Positions 38,833 to 52,502 of a DNA stretch of 64,000 bases are shown piece by piece (positions within the stretch are counted from its first letter, which is position 1; every line of letters begins with the position of its first letter). Location of the stretch: assembly GCF_009914755.1 (NCBI RefSeq), contig NC_060925.1. The stretch is one strand, 5' to 3'. Origin of the DNA: the human T2T-CHM13v2.0 reference genome, Homo sapiens. Position numbers and translations under genes: made by a program. The notes beneath the pieces were generated by a model. That model was not told the origin of the DNA. It searched no databases and saw nothing but the letters and a program-made list of their open reading frames with translations.

Positions 38833-39138
38833 ATACTACATCACGTCTAGTCATTTTGGCTCCTTAGACAACTAAACACTATGAATGTTTCTCAGACTTT
38901 CCTTTTATGATGACCTTGAGAGTTTGAGGGAGGATTGTGTATATGATTTATTTGAAAATCTGCAAGGAAGATTTGTATAATCTCATTAATTAATTAAATT
39001 AATTATTTATGTAAATATTTATTGTATTTTGGGGGTTAAAATCCAATGGTACATGCTTTATTTTATTGATCAAGTCTTCCCAGTTTTGTCATTGAGAATT
39101 TTATCAGCTGTCTCCTGTATTTCTTTGACATAGCCCCA

Positions 39139-39142
<4 letters not shown>

Positions 39143-39169
<27 letters not shown>
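39143..39169. repeat. (TG)n microsatellite
   Basis: Seen directly. Confidence 0.95.
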
Positions 39170-39170
<1 letters not shown>

Positions 39171-41667
39171 CACACATGTGTTTCAGCATGCTTTCTTATA
39201 CTACAGATTCTCCTTACTTTCTTATACTACTAGATGCTCCAGGTGCACCTTGTATGTTTCCTCCACTAGTTTTAGAATCAGCCACTTCTAAGAAACCCCA
39301 GTTCCTTTCATTGGAGAAACCCAAGGGCCCTGGGTATGCTCATTGCTATTGCTATTGGGATCTCACTGCACTAGGCCCTCTCAGCTTACAGCAAGTGAGT
39401 TCATATATCACTTCTAGCTTAACAAGATCACTCTGGCTGCTGTGTTGCCAAGAGATTAAAAAGGAGGGAGACCAGTGGAGAGGCAATTATCATAGTTCAG
39501 GAGACAGATGGTTTGGAGTAGGGGCTGAAATAATAAAATACTGCTTGATTTAGTTCATTGCTGGTTTTCAAGTGTCTAGTGTCTACAAAGAGTCTCCTAT
39601 ACTTTTGTAAGCTATTTGGTCACCAAACATTTGAATATTTTGATGAGAAAGCTAAGCGTTGGATACAGAAGATACAGACATGCGCATGACATGAAACTTT
39701 TATATTTACACCCACATTCCTGCATATTGTTTAGTATTATTGGGATTATCAAAAACAGTCATGGTGATGATATAGGAAGGAGTGTGAAAAACTAGGCTTG
39801 GAGTGGTACCAGCAGTCATAGAAAGGGTTGAATACACAAGAAAGGCAAGTGGATAGGGAATCAAGAAAACTGATATTTAACTATGTATTGGAAAGTAAAG
39901 CATTGGTCAAAGATGAATTCAAGCTTTTAGACCATTCTCAGGATAATGACATTCAAAAAAACAATGGATTTCAGAGATGGGATTTATTTGAGGGAGGTTA
40001 ATGAGTGCCATTTAAAATAAGTAGAGTTTGCGGTAACTTGAAGGTTTTTAAGCATACTTAAATGGAAATATTCAGTTGCCCTTTTTGAAAAGAAAGAAGC
40101 TTCATTTGGAGACTAATCAAGAATCCAGTAACTTAAAAGTGTATGGTTTAATGTATCTGAATGATGCATATTTTAAAATTTGTTATCATTCTTGTACAGC
40201 AAACTTTTCCCCACCCATTTAACATGCACATGTATATTAAGAGCATATGAATTTCATATTGTCAAAGCTTATCTTGACAGGTAATAATTATGGCTGAATA
40301 TAATTGATACTAGCACTTACTGAGCATGACCAAGCATTTAATAATTTCACTAGTCATCTCCCTAGAACTGTAGAAAAACAGAGAAATTGTAAATGCCTGT
40401 TCTCTTATGGTCAAGTTTTATAATTAATTTATTATGAAAAATAGATTGAAACAATAAAGTTGTCATATGTTACCACGTTAGTCTCAAGGATCCATTTCAT
40501 GTTTAATAATGTTTACATACCTGAAAAGAAAAGCCATGGATTGACTTGATAATGTCTAACAGCTGCTAAGATCTGGTACTTTTGTAACGGCTTCAAAGGA
40601 ACTGGATCAAAAAGGAATTCTTTAATAGAATACTTCACACATTAACATCCTTTAGAGGAACCAGTTCAATTAACTACATTTTGTAGATAAATCCTCAAAT
40701 TCATCTAAGAAACCTATGTAACACCTACTGTTGTTCAAATATAAAGAGATCTAAATGAGATCAAGAATGTGTACACTTTGCCAATTGTACATGTGAGGGT
40801 ATTAATATTCTCAATTCTTGTGAGCTCTAAGACTTGTTTCTGTAAAACAGATAAAAATTTTAAAATGTTACACTTGTGCAGACTTTTGCAAATGAAAACC
40901 TTCTTTGCATGCATTATCTCATTTAGTCCTCCAAAGAGCCTCACACTATTAGAAAAGTAGATAGGATTATTTCTAGTAATAATAATAATTTACAATTTAA
41001 GAAAATAGGTAACTTGTCTCAGATCCAACAGCTGATGTATAAACAAAAAAGCAGCTGGAACCTAAATCTTCTGACTTTTAGGCTGAAAAACGTTCACCAT
41101 TACACTATTTTCTTAGAATTCAAAACAAATAAGAACATGTCACATAGTTAACACCTATGAGCTTCAATTTTCTCATCTATAAAATGGGCATAATATTAAC
41201 TCTCCTACCCACTTCACAAATTATAATTAAATATAAGTTAAATCTCCAAACTATATGAATTATCTTTTCACGAAACAGTTTATAGATTTTTTTGAAGTCC
41301 CTTCTTTTTACTGCATTTGCATCCAAATTGATTATGTAGAGATTTGAAAATTGACCAAGATTTAACAGTTTCCATGCTCACATTTTACATATAATAAAGC
41401 CCCTCCCTCTAATGTTGACTTTATTAATTTTAGGATTTGACTTGAAATTTACTTTTCTTTTGAAGCTCATATTTTTCATAAGTGGCATATGTCATTACTA
41501 TAATCAAGAGCATTAAAATTTTAAAAATAGTTATTTCAAGTATTTTAGCATATGTCATAAGTGGCTTCAAATTACTTACTGCTTTGATTTTAATACTTTC
41601 TCTGCAAATTGGAAAGACTGTTGGGTGGGTCAATGTGGGACTGTTTACTTGAGGAACAGAAAAGTAC

Positions 41668-42028
41668 TGTCCTAGCTACTTTGGACTGTTATAACAGAAT
41701 ACCAGAGACTGAGTGCTTAAAACAACAAACATTTATTTCTCACGGTTCTAGAGGCTGCGAAGTCCAAGATCAAAGCCCCTGGCAGATCTGGTGTCTGATA
41801 AGGACACTCTTTTTGGATTGCAGATGGTAATCTTCTTGTTGTATTCTCACATGGCTGGGAGAAAAATAATCTCTCTCATATCTGTTCTTATAAGGGTACT
41901 AATTTCCCTTTAGGGTGCCACCCTCGTGACCTGATTACCTCTCAAATGCCCTACTTCATAATATCAACACATTGGGAGTTAGGATTTCAACATATGAAGT
42001 TTTGAGGGCACAAGCAATCTCTATAATA
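41668..42028 (-). mobile_element. MLT1A/MLT1A0 MaLR solo LTR with TSD
   Basis: aaacaacaaacatttatttctcacggttctagaggctgcgaagtccaagatcaa...ttaggatttcaacatatgaa; flanks agtac/agaac. Confidence 0.9.
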
Positions 42029-43882
42029 AGAACCCTGGGAAAAACCACTCTAAGGGAAGGAATTGTTAGGAACAAAGTATGAACAAGAGGTCAGAGTCAG
42101 AGGGCAGGAAGTATGTTGCTCATCCGTGCTATTTTCCTCTCATCTTCCCCAGTGGATCTTTGCCTGAAATCTGAAAACACAAACACTTTAAAACACATTA
42201 GTAGTGATTTCACTGAACTCTTCATAATCCGAAGAACATCTGAATTCCAGAAGCTAGATCACAAGAGAGAGTAAAAGCTCTTTCTGTGCATGCCTTTTCA
42301 GATGAAACACATTGAAACACAACATGGAAGGTACCCATGAACTAAGGCAGCAAAACAGAATGATCAGGATAGGGCAAAGCATTTTGAAGATTTCATGGTA
42401 AGAAAACATATCACCCTTGGGAACCAAAGAGAAAAAGATAGTGGTGAAGGCCAGGAGATACTCAAGAGGAAGAGTTCTTAAGCATGAGAACGAGGTTGAA
42501 AGAATTGAAGGCCTTGTTTTCCAACAGACTAGGTGGGTCATATTAGCACTTCCCCAGGTCACACTAGCCTGGGTGGTTACAGTAAAAAGCAGGGAGAGTT
42601 TTATTAGCTCTTCCTCACCCCTGGCTGGCATGATCTGTAAAAGTACTGGTACCATTACATTCCTTTACGCTTAGACATGTGAGTTAAAGAAGGTGATTTT
42701 AAGCCACAAAAGAGCAGAAAAGACACAGACAATGCATTTACTATGTTGTTTTTGTTAAAAGTAACACAGGTAAATATATTTTAAATTATTTGAAAAGTTG
42801 CCTTTTGGTCTAATTTAGTCTGATTTGTTTTTTTTTTAATGAAGGTTAATTTTACATATTTCAATTTCAGTATGTTTTCTTGAAAATGGTTATTTCTTGA
42901 AATGGTTGTTCTTTCTTTCATTGGTGAGAAAGATGTGCAAATTGGCCTTTCATCTTATTTGTTTTTACTTAATTGAACTGTTTCCTCCGAACTGATATTC
43001 ATATTCTTCCTAAGTACTAAGAACTTACTTTTTGTGGATGATCTCTATAATCTCTGAAGTTGATAGTTCCAGGATAAACAGAACCATTTAAAGATTAACC
43101 CTCCCCTTTTAAAATGTACTAAAAATTTCTAAATTTATTATTATCAATGTGATTATCTATAAAAATAGCATCTTCAGGTTTTCTATTTTAGTTTATAAAT
43201 TTTCAAAACTGAGTTTGGGTTATCTGTTTGAACAAAATATATAAATTCTGAAAACAAATTTTAAATCATGTTGTGAATATTTTAGTTAACTTTTATTTGG
43301 AAGCCATATATAGGTTCCATCCTAAGAACTTTGCAACGTATTATCTTACTTGATTCTCACAACATCTCCATGATGATAGAAAACTATTATATTATGTCTA
43401 TTTTTCTCCTAGTCTTCTAATGCATTTTTTTAAAAAGAGTACACATGAGAAATAATACATGTTTAAAATGATTCAGTTGATCCTACCATGTGGGATTCCT
43501 TCATATGCTATCCAGAATATATCATATTAAGGCTAGTCTCTCTTTTGAATAATACCAAAAAGCTACAATTTTGTAATAGAATTAAATGCATACAAAGAGA
43601 TATGCTTGTTATTAATCTATATGTATATAATAAAAGATGTCTATTGATTGTTTTCACTGGAGAATTTTTTTTCTTTTCTGGAGATTATCTATCAAAACTT
43701 CAATCACTCTGTTCTACATGTGGTTCATTTTGCTTCATAGTTTGAAGTAAAATGTGCTTATACAATTGAAAATTATTTAAAGTCATTTTTTTACTTAACA
43801 ACAAGTCTATAAAAGTATAAAAACCAACTGGTGCTGTATATATTGAAATATAAGCTACCGAGTTGTTGACTCAATGGGAATT

Positions 43883-44200
43883 CATTCATTGATTTATTTA
43901 ATGAGTGTTTATTGGTATCTGTTATGTGCCAGTCCTTGTTCTGAACACTAGTGGTGTTACAGTAAGCCAGTCAGTCTAGGTTCTTATTCTCATAAAACAT
44001 AGATGGATGAGACAGACAATGAACAAGTAATCGAAGAAATAAAGAATGAAAATATCTTTTACGTAGGTAATTGAAAGGAGAATAGAGAAGAGAATAATGA
44101 GATTGCACATTCCTGGTGGAGAGAACATTAGATAGTGTGGTCTCTGTGGAAAGGTGACATTTAAATTTAGATTTATTTCAATGAAAAATTTCAAGAGCAA
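43883..44200 (-). mobile_element. L2 3' fragment
   Basis: cattcattgatttatttaatgagtgtttattggtatctgttatgtgccagtccttgttctgaacact. Confidence 0.7.
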
Positions 44201-47119
44201 TTTCAGTTAATATTCTCTTAGAATTTGGGGATGGTTATCAAAACAAGATTAGGGAATCATAAAATATAAGAGCTTAAAATACTTTAGAGATTGTCTACTT
44301 GAATACTTTCATATAAAAATCAGAAAATTTAGGAAGAATTGGTGACTCGTCTAAATTTTACAGCAAATGTATCAGAACTGTGGAATAATAAAACACAGTA
44401 CTCTGGATTTGCAGATCCATATTCTTGTCTTACTATGTTGCTTGAATAAAAATATATTTTTCCATATAATATGTCCTTCCATGCAAATTCAAATGCATCA
44501 ACACCACCACCTATTCTCAAAAGCATTTGATAAAGTTTATTTTTAAAACAATAAAAACTGTTTTTTAAAAGCAAACAAAACAATAGGCGATAACTAAATA
44601 ATAATTAGGTACAGCCTAATTACTTAAAACAATTACATCAGAAAACTGAAAACAAATATAACACTATAATTAAACATGAAGATTATAAACAAACTTCTTG
44701 GAAGTCAAACAAATATAAGCACAAAGAATTAGATGGGTTTTAGTTTCTAATTCAAAGAATCTCATCAGTTCAACAAAAGAGAAAAATATTTTTAATTATG
44801 AACATAATTAGTCACATGAGTTTTTGCATTGGGCACAGTGAAAAATACAGAGGACACCATCTTCAATTAGAGGTTAATAAATGCAGGTGCTTTACAAATT
44901 GATATGATTATGGACCCTCAATGAGGGGCATTGGTATAATATTTTTACTTCTTTAAAGGCTCTCTTCTTTACAGGAGAAAGGAAAGAGCAGGTGGTGGAG
45001 GAAACAATAACATTGTCCAAAAATTTGGACAGTTCTGGTCATCTGGTCATCTTCATATTGGAAGGCATTTTAGAGATTTTTGAAGCGAACTTATTTTCTT
45101 AGATTTCTCTAAGAAAATTTTTCTATCTCTGATCTATTGAGAGTAGCAAAAAGACTTTCAAAAGGAATGTAAAGAGTAATGGTCCTAAGTAAAAGAGACA
45201 AGATACCTATTACAAATTCAGACCTGTCCTGATGTATTTGAAAGTGAAGCAAAGCAAATCAAATCTGTCTAGTGAATAAGGATTCTCAAGATGAAGACTC
45301 ACTTTACAGAAAGCATAAGCTTGGTCCAAGGATAATGGGTGAAGGATCAGGCAGAGTAATTTGCTATGTTGCAGGGTATGTGTTTTATGCAGAAAGCCAC
45401 GTCCACTTCCCATTCCATGCTGTTTTGCCAGAGTTCTGGGAAGAGCAAGAGGAGACAAAAGTATGTTTTAATCCTTATGATGTGTGATAACTCCTCTGCC
45501 TTTGAGATCTGGATAGCTTTACTTGAAAAAATCTCATTTTTTTCACTTGGGGTAGCCTAAAACTTTCTAAGATTTCTGTAAACTCTTGGAAAATCATTGC
45601 TCTGGCTCCTGAGACTATACCGATTTCATCTTGTGTCAATGTTAATACAGCACTTTACCACTTTCTCAATAAATCCAATTAGTCAAGGCTTTTAAGAAAT
45701 TTTGCTAGAATTAGCAGATCAAACTGAAAGTGTAGGGGTTACTGAGAGAGGTTGTATAGTACTGTGCAATCTTCTCTTAATATCTTCTCCTCCTCCTTTC
45801 ACGCTCCAGCTTTTTCTCTTTCTCACCACTTTACGGTCTTACACATCTTCTGTTGTTTACAAAATGCCCTTGAGCTCTCAGTCTCCACTTCAAAAGCCCA
45901 CTGGACACTTAACAAAATATTTCTTTCAAACAATCACAGGGTTTTCACTGAGAAATTCAGATGGACATTTGTTTTCACCATCTTATTCCTGTGTCGTATC
46001 ACTAAAATCTCTTTGAAGATGTTGAGTGCACAAAGCAACACAAATGCTTTGTATCATATGAAACAACAAAATGGAACACAAATTTAGATGTAGGACATTT
46101 CCCCTCCTTCAGAGAGGTAATGCTTGTAGCACAGAACTGAGCTATTACCATCAGCAGTGACAACAGGAGACAGCCACAGTGGCCTAATCTAGACTAGTTT
46201 CTACTGGTGTGACAACCAGAAAACCAGGGTTTATAAGACCAGCAGGAGGAGGACAACAGCTTTCTTTCCTTGGTGTTGAGCCCTAGCAGTGATATTGGGA
46301 ACAGAAGGAGACCCACCGCAGCTGCTGTAGCAGAGGGTCAGAACTGATATAATGTGATTTGGGGATTCAAAGTTACAGTGCCAGGGATGGGAAAGAAGAA
46401 GGCTGTTTTATGTATTAGATAGGAAGACTGCATCCAGCAGTAAACATGAAACATTCTCTGCAGAATTCCTGAATTAGTCGGAAGAATTTGAGTGAGAGCT
46501 GGGGTTTCCACAATGCTGTGGATGAGGGCTAAGCCTGAAAAGTGCTATTGTGTCATCGCTTTTGTGATATTATTCCACTTCTCAGTTTGATGTAGTCTGA
46601 ACAAATAAGGGTTACACTTGCGTTGCACCTACAGGTAACAACTAGCAAAAGACCTCCTGCTCATTTCAATAAAACCAGTGCTTTCTTTCAGGAGTCACAA
46701 GTGAATTCCAATGCCAGTGCCACCTTTTTCCTGAAATAATTCAGACTCCACTTTACAGTGATGTTGTTATGGTCTCAGAGACCTGTAACCTTCATTTGAT
46801 GTTTATAGTTGGAAGGAATATTTAAAGTAATAGAGAAGGCCAAACGCATGTGAAACATTTGCGAAGGTTCAGTAATAACTCAATGCATCACGTGCCATTT
46901 CCCCTCTCTTCTTACTTACTACCTAGATATTTCCTGAGGATTAACATTTTAAAATTGGCACCAGGAACTTGACAATTATAGAGAAACTAGTGGCTGGGGA
47001 CTAATTATTCGGTTTATGAATTATTTGCCTAGCCCTTTCCCCTTTCTCTTCCCAATTTTTTTGGCATTTGCTTTAGCTTTTATTATTATGTCTATGGCAC
47101 TCGCTGATATAATAATAGG

Positions 47120-47450
47120 AATTCTAATAGCTAATGATTTTGGATATTTCCTAGGTTCTAGGTGCTTTACATACATTATATCTTTTTATCCTTAGAGCAA
47201 TCCTTGAGATAGTTATATGATTCTCCTATATTGATTATTACAATGTAGCTAATAAACAGTTAATTATTCCTATTATATAATGTTTATGATATTATTAATG
47301 GTTATTCTTATTTCCCCTATTTGTAGCTGGGAATTAAGAAAGGTTGAGTTTTCCAATCTCCCATAGGTAGTAAATGCCAGTGCTAGGATTTCAAACATGA
47401 GTTTGTCTGGTACTAGAGATTTTACATTATTTGCTATGCTATATTGCTTC
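47120..47450 (-). mobile_element. MIR fragment(s)
   Basis: aatagctaa...ttctaggtgctttacatacattatatc...ctaggatttcaaacatgagtttgtctgg. Confidence 0.65.
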
Positions 47451-47709
47451 CTCAATTTCAGTACTAGGAATGCAGTTGGGGAATAATGGAAAAAGGCTTG
47501 TTTTGCACATCAACAACTGTGGTCGTTCTTTAAGATGACTGTTTGCTTAAGCTGGAACTACATTTTCCAGAATCTCTTCCCTGTATGGTTGCCAAAAGAT
47601 ACATTCAAGTGAGATTTCAAAGGCAGAAGCAAAGGAGCAGCCATGATTCTCTGAAAGTCAGGTGGTCAGATTCAGGGAGAGAAGGATTCCAAGAGGCTGA
47701 CTGCTTGAT

Positions 47710-48570
47710 GTTTTCTAGGAACAAGGAGGACTAGAGTGGAGAGAGTGGCTGCAGTAGTATAAGTGAGGGGCAGCGAGTAGCAATTAAGCCAGGGACATAA
47801 AAGGAGACCATTAGGACCTTGTCAGGATTTTGGCTTTCGCTGAAAACAAAACAAGAAACCAGGGGTGGTAGTTAATTTTGCAGAGCATCGATGTGATCCT
47901 ACTCATCATTTTAAAGGCTCACTCTGGCTTTTGTGATAAACAAAGCTGAAGTCACAGGTAAGGCTGGGGGGCACTGAATATTGGAAACTCAGCATTTAGA
48001 GTCAAGAGACTGGATGTGATTATTTAGAGATTGGGTGTCAATAACGTGGTGAGGAGGTGCGAAGATAGAGGCCTGAGGTACCCCATTTGTTTTTTGTGGA
48101 GACAGGACTTCACTCTGTCACCCAGGCTGGAGTATAGTGGTGTGATTATGGCTCACTGTAGTCTCGACCTCCCAGACTTAAGGGATCCCCCAACCATAGC
48201 CTCCTGAGTGGCTGGGACTACAGGCATGCACCACCACGCCTGGCTAATTTCTGTACTTTTTGTAGAGATGAGATTTTGCCATATTGCCCAAGCTGGTCTC
48301 AATTTCTGAGATCAAGTTATCCACCTGCCTTGGCCTCCCAAAATGCCAGGAGTTATAGGCATGAGCCACAGCACCTGGCCTCCAATTTTTATTGAAGATC
48401 ACAAAGATGAAGCAACAAATGAAACTAAGGGAATAGTCTGTAAAGAAGGAGAGAAAATAATGTTCTGGATGCCAAGCTGAAAATATTACATGGCAAGAGT
48501 GGTTATCTTTGTTAAATGATGCCAATAAACTGAGTAAGATGAGTACTAGCAAGAATTGACTGAAAATTAG
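47710..48570 (-). mobile_element. L2 fragment interrupted by an Alu
   Basis: ttctaggaacaaggaggactagagtgg...cattttaaaggctcactctggct...taagatgagtactagcaagaattgac. Confidence 0.6.
48087..48380 (-). mobile_element. Alu SINE, AluJ-type
   Basis: gagacaggacttcactctgtcacccaggctggagtatagtgg...atgagccacagcacctggcc. Confidence 0.95.
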
Positions 48571-49087
48571 TCAATGACTTACTATTTAAAAAGGGACCTA
48601 AAATAAAGGAAGGAAACAAAAAAGGTAATAAATGATATCACTTCTTCATGGAAAGCCCTTTTTCCCTCTTGGATGGAAACTTCTATTCATCTGGAGTTAT
48701 CAACCAAAGACAGTATATCTGTGAAGACTTTTCCAGTATTTGTTGGTAGAAATAATTCTATCATTCTCTGTATTCCCCTAGAATTTCCTTTGCACCTCCA
48801 TTGTGACATTTGCTAAAATGAATTATAATTAGTTAAAATTCTTTTTTCCTTTTGTAAAATGTGATCTTCTAGGAAGCAGGAACTGTATTTTATCTATGAG
48901 TCTGGCATATATGAAGACGAATGTTAAGTAGAAATAACATTTACTGTGTACCTAATATATACTAGACATCTGATAAGGAGGTTCATATTTTTGCACTGAG
49001 TTTTTTGATAAAATTACTATTATTATCTAATCAACTAACTTTAACCCACATTTTACAAATTTATTAGCTCTGGTTCATAGTTGTTAA

Positions 49088-49110
49088 GTGTACACATACA
49101 CACACACACA

Positions 49111-49150
<40 letters not shown>

Positions 49151-49196
49151 GTATGTATATATGTACGTATACATACATATATACACACACACACAT
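49088..49196. repeat. Compound (CA)n/(TA)n/(TATG) microsatellite
   Basis: Alternating purine-pyrimidine tract of about 110 bp, seen directly. Confidence 0.92.
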
Positions 49197-49689
49197 TGAT
49201 GGCAAAACTGGTATATCTGACCTCAAGACTCATGATATTCCCACTAAATTATAATTAATAAATAAATAGACAAAAGAATGAATATGTAGTACTTTCTCTT
49301 CTTGAATGTAACTACTGGAATGATGACCTATCCTAAGGGTGCTACATCCCAGCCCAGCCCCTCAATAGACACAGAGATACCACCTTGAACAGTGACAGCA
49401 ACAGAGCATTAATCCCTTCCTCATCAAACTTCTAACCTTATATATTGCATGTTTATGCTAAATGCTTGATATAGATATGTTCAAATAAAAAAAAAGGGAT
49501 CTCCGTCAGATAGTTTCTTTTACTACAGTACTAGAAATTCAAGCCTCAACATTATTTCCCTTGTCAGGGCAATCTGATCATGAGCTGAAATTTAAGTATC
49601 TTTGACTATACTGCTTTGCCTTCTGACATTATTTGTATTCATTTATAGTCTAGATTTCTTATATTTGCATTTCTCTCCATCTTGGATGC

Positions 49690-50090
49690 TGTGATGAGCC
49701 GCCCAGGCCTCCTTTAGGGAATCTTTCAGCTTTTGGGAGAGCTGCCAACTGAAAGCTCTCAGGTGGCAGCCTGGTACAGGGATTGCCTTGGATGCAGAGA
49801 TCTGCCTTGCTCAAGGTCACACCCCCTTAGTACTATTTCTTGTATCCAGTGATTGATCGATGGGGAAACATACAGGCTCACTGTCTCACTTGAACTCAGG
49901 ATAACCTGAATGGTCATTACATTGTCAGAACTCCCAGTAAGACCCGCTGAGCCATGTGTTGAGACTACATCAGAACTCACTGTCTCCCTCTATCTAATCC
50001 TGCTTCCTTCCTTTCCCTTCCACAAAGCAGTCCCTACTAAACCTCCTGCTTGTTAATCTCAGAGCCCGATTCCCAAGGAGTTTGAAGCCC
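49690..50090 (+). mobile_element. LTR16-family (ERVL) LTR
   Basis: gccttgctcaaggtcacacccc ... ctaatcctgcttccttcctttccc ... taaacctcctgcttgttaatctcagagcccgattcccaagga. Confidence 0.72.
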
Positions 50091-50149
50091 GAGACCCCTG
50101 ATGTTAAACGACTTCATTACATTGCAATGTCCTCAGCCTCAGACAGGTT

Positions 50150-50365
50150 TTGGTGGAATCAGGGAGTCAGAATACATGGGCTGAAATGCCATGTCTACCA
50201 TTTATCAGTTGTAAGATGTTGAACAGATCAGTTAACATCTCTAAGCCTCAGCTTCCTCACCTGGAAAACGGCACTAGTAAGCATGGGTTAAACAAGAAAA
50301 ATAAATGTAAAACACTTAACATACTGACTGATACAGGGAAGCTCTCAATATATGAAAAATATTTT
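50150..50365 (+). mobile_element. MIR fragment
   Basis: tcagttaacatctctaagcctcagcttcctcacctggaaaacgg. Confidence 0.75.
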
Positions 50366-50768
50366 GGTTATCATCAGCGGAGGAAATATACCTCTTCTGA
50401 TATATTGAACAAAAGAGTCAATGGAGATGATCTAATATGACTTCATTTCACAGATAAAAGAGGATTAAGTAATTTGCTAGACATGCATAGTTAGTTGGGG
50501 CAGAATTGAAACTAAAATGCAGATTTCTTGACTCTACTATGTTATGCTGACTTTATCTTAACCAAACATCTTGAGAGTATAAAAATGGTGCTAGATAGCA
50601 ATAGTTGTATTTCATATATCTAGGCTTAAAAGTAGTTAGGTTTTGGGAGGGATTATAATCATCCTTAGGTTATGATTATGAGACTAGGATTCAATTAAGA
50701 TTCTTTATTCAAAGGAACTTGTGTGAAAGTACTGGTATTTTTTAGTTGTCTTTGCTTCAGATCCCAAT

Positions 50769-51009
<241 letters not shown>

Positions 51010-52159
51010 CTAAAAACAATCTTCTATATTTCCAAAGCATCTTCAGGACACAATTTAGATGTTCTAGGAACTTATGGCTCTTTTGAGCATCTTATTGTCA
51101 TAAAAGAATCAAAGTCTTTCTGCTCCCCAAAGGTAAATTATCCTTTATTTTTTCCCTAAAAAAAAAAGAGAAAAAAAATCAGTTTTAAAAAGAAAAATAC
51201 CAAAGACAGATAAAAATTACTTTATCTGGATTTTAAATTGTATAAGAAGTGACCATAATGTTCAATCTAAGGATTATTGGAGTCATAGATGACATAATAA
51301 AATTTAACATTTTTTTCTTGCTTTCTTCAGTCAATACTTAACCAATCAACAAATACTTATTGAACACCTACAGTAAACCCGGCAGCTTCTACCCTTCTTT
51401 ATCTTCCAGAGGAGTAAAACAAATTTATTCCATTAAAATTTGAACTTTCACTCTCATATATTTACAGAAGACATTTAAAGTGTTAAGTTCAAGAAGCACT
51501 CATTACAGCATTTGCTTTGTATAAACTTGAAGAACCTGTACATCATCCAAACTCTCATCTCTCCATTAATACTGAGTCAAATAGCACTGCCTTGATACAT
51601 AACAATAATTCAGAGATAACTGATAAGGTACTTACAGAAAATGACCAAGCATTTAATTGACTCCTTAATTCTTAAGGGTCATGCTATGTAAGGTAGAACA
51701 TATATGTTCCAAATATGTTCAAACTTTATAATTCAATTAACAGTAAATATGATTCACATCAAAATGGTGTCATAGGTGAGTGGAATTTTGATGCTCTAAT
51801 TTATGAACACAGAGCAAGAAATATTGACCCTGTGGCAAAGAATAAATATCAATAAAACAGCAGGTCTCTAATAAACAGATATAATTACCAGAATGATCTG
51901 CTTATTTACACATCAGGACTACTGTCTTCACATATCTTAACCTGCTACATAATTATCAAATAAAACAGTAATTCCGGAATAAGTAATATCAATCACACAG
52001 AGTACGGCATGGTTAAATATTTTCATCTTTGTGGGAAGACACGTGGATATAATATGTAACAAAAGGATCACTCTGAATCTTTAAACAGTGAACTAATACC
52101 AAACTGGCGTCTGAAAAACCAATCAGCTATCAAGAGGGCATTGCTATAGTGATTCTTAC

Positions 52160-52502
52160 CTGTTTTTGACTGCAGTGAGAAAACACAAAACTGTCTATTT
52201 TAAGACATGATGCTTCTTCATCTTTAACTTTTAGTTTGGGGGTTGGGGGAGTTCCTTTTGTAAAATCAGAATTCCTTAAACGAGTGCATTTGGCACTGTG
52301 ACAGGAGCTGCTTCTGCTTTTCAGGCAACTATCTCAGTATTCTTTTTCTTCCAGTGCTTTGATGGGCACACTAAGAACAGTTTCTTGCTGAGCTGTGCAG
52401 CTCCTACAGATGAGGACAGCAGGAGAGCAGGCAGATAGCCAAGGCAGAGAGAGAGAGGAGCGGAGATCATAGCCAAGGCTGCAGAAGGAGATCTGCTACA
52501 CA
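52160..52502 (-). other. Putative non-coding/5'UTR exon of an unidentified transcript
   Basis: Non-repetitive sequence. On the minus strand a polypyrimidine tract plus acceptor (cctttttctttttctgccag|) and a consensus donor (CAG|GTAAGA) bound 343 nt. Inference only; no transcript data. Confidence 0.4.

Larger units (their letters stand above)
37760..39400 (-). mobile_element. Old L1M (L1MB/MC-like) 3' region, interrupted by MER21
   Basis: tttagagtagttttagatttacagaaa ... tagaatcagccacttctaagaaaccccagttcctttcattggaga. Confidence 0.65.

Noticed and set aside
39146-39553. Longest ORF (135 aa)
   Set aside because: It begins in a (TG)n microsatellite and runs through L1M and L2 remnants; a chance ORF.
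46100-46700. GC-richer stretch, possibly an ancient LTR or enhancer
   Set aside because: No diagnostic termini or motifs that I can support.
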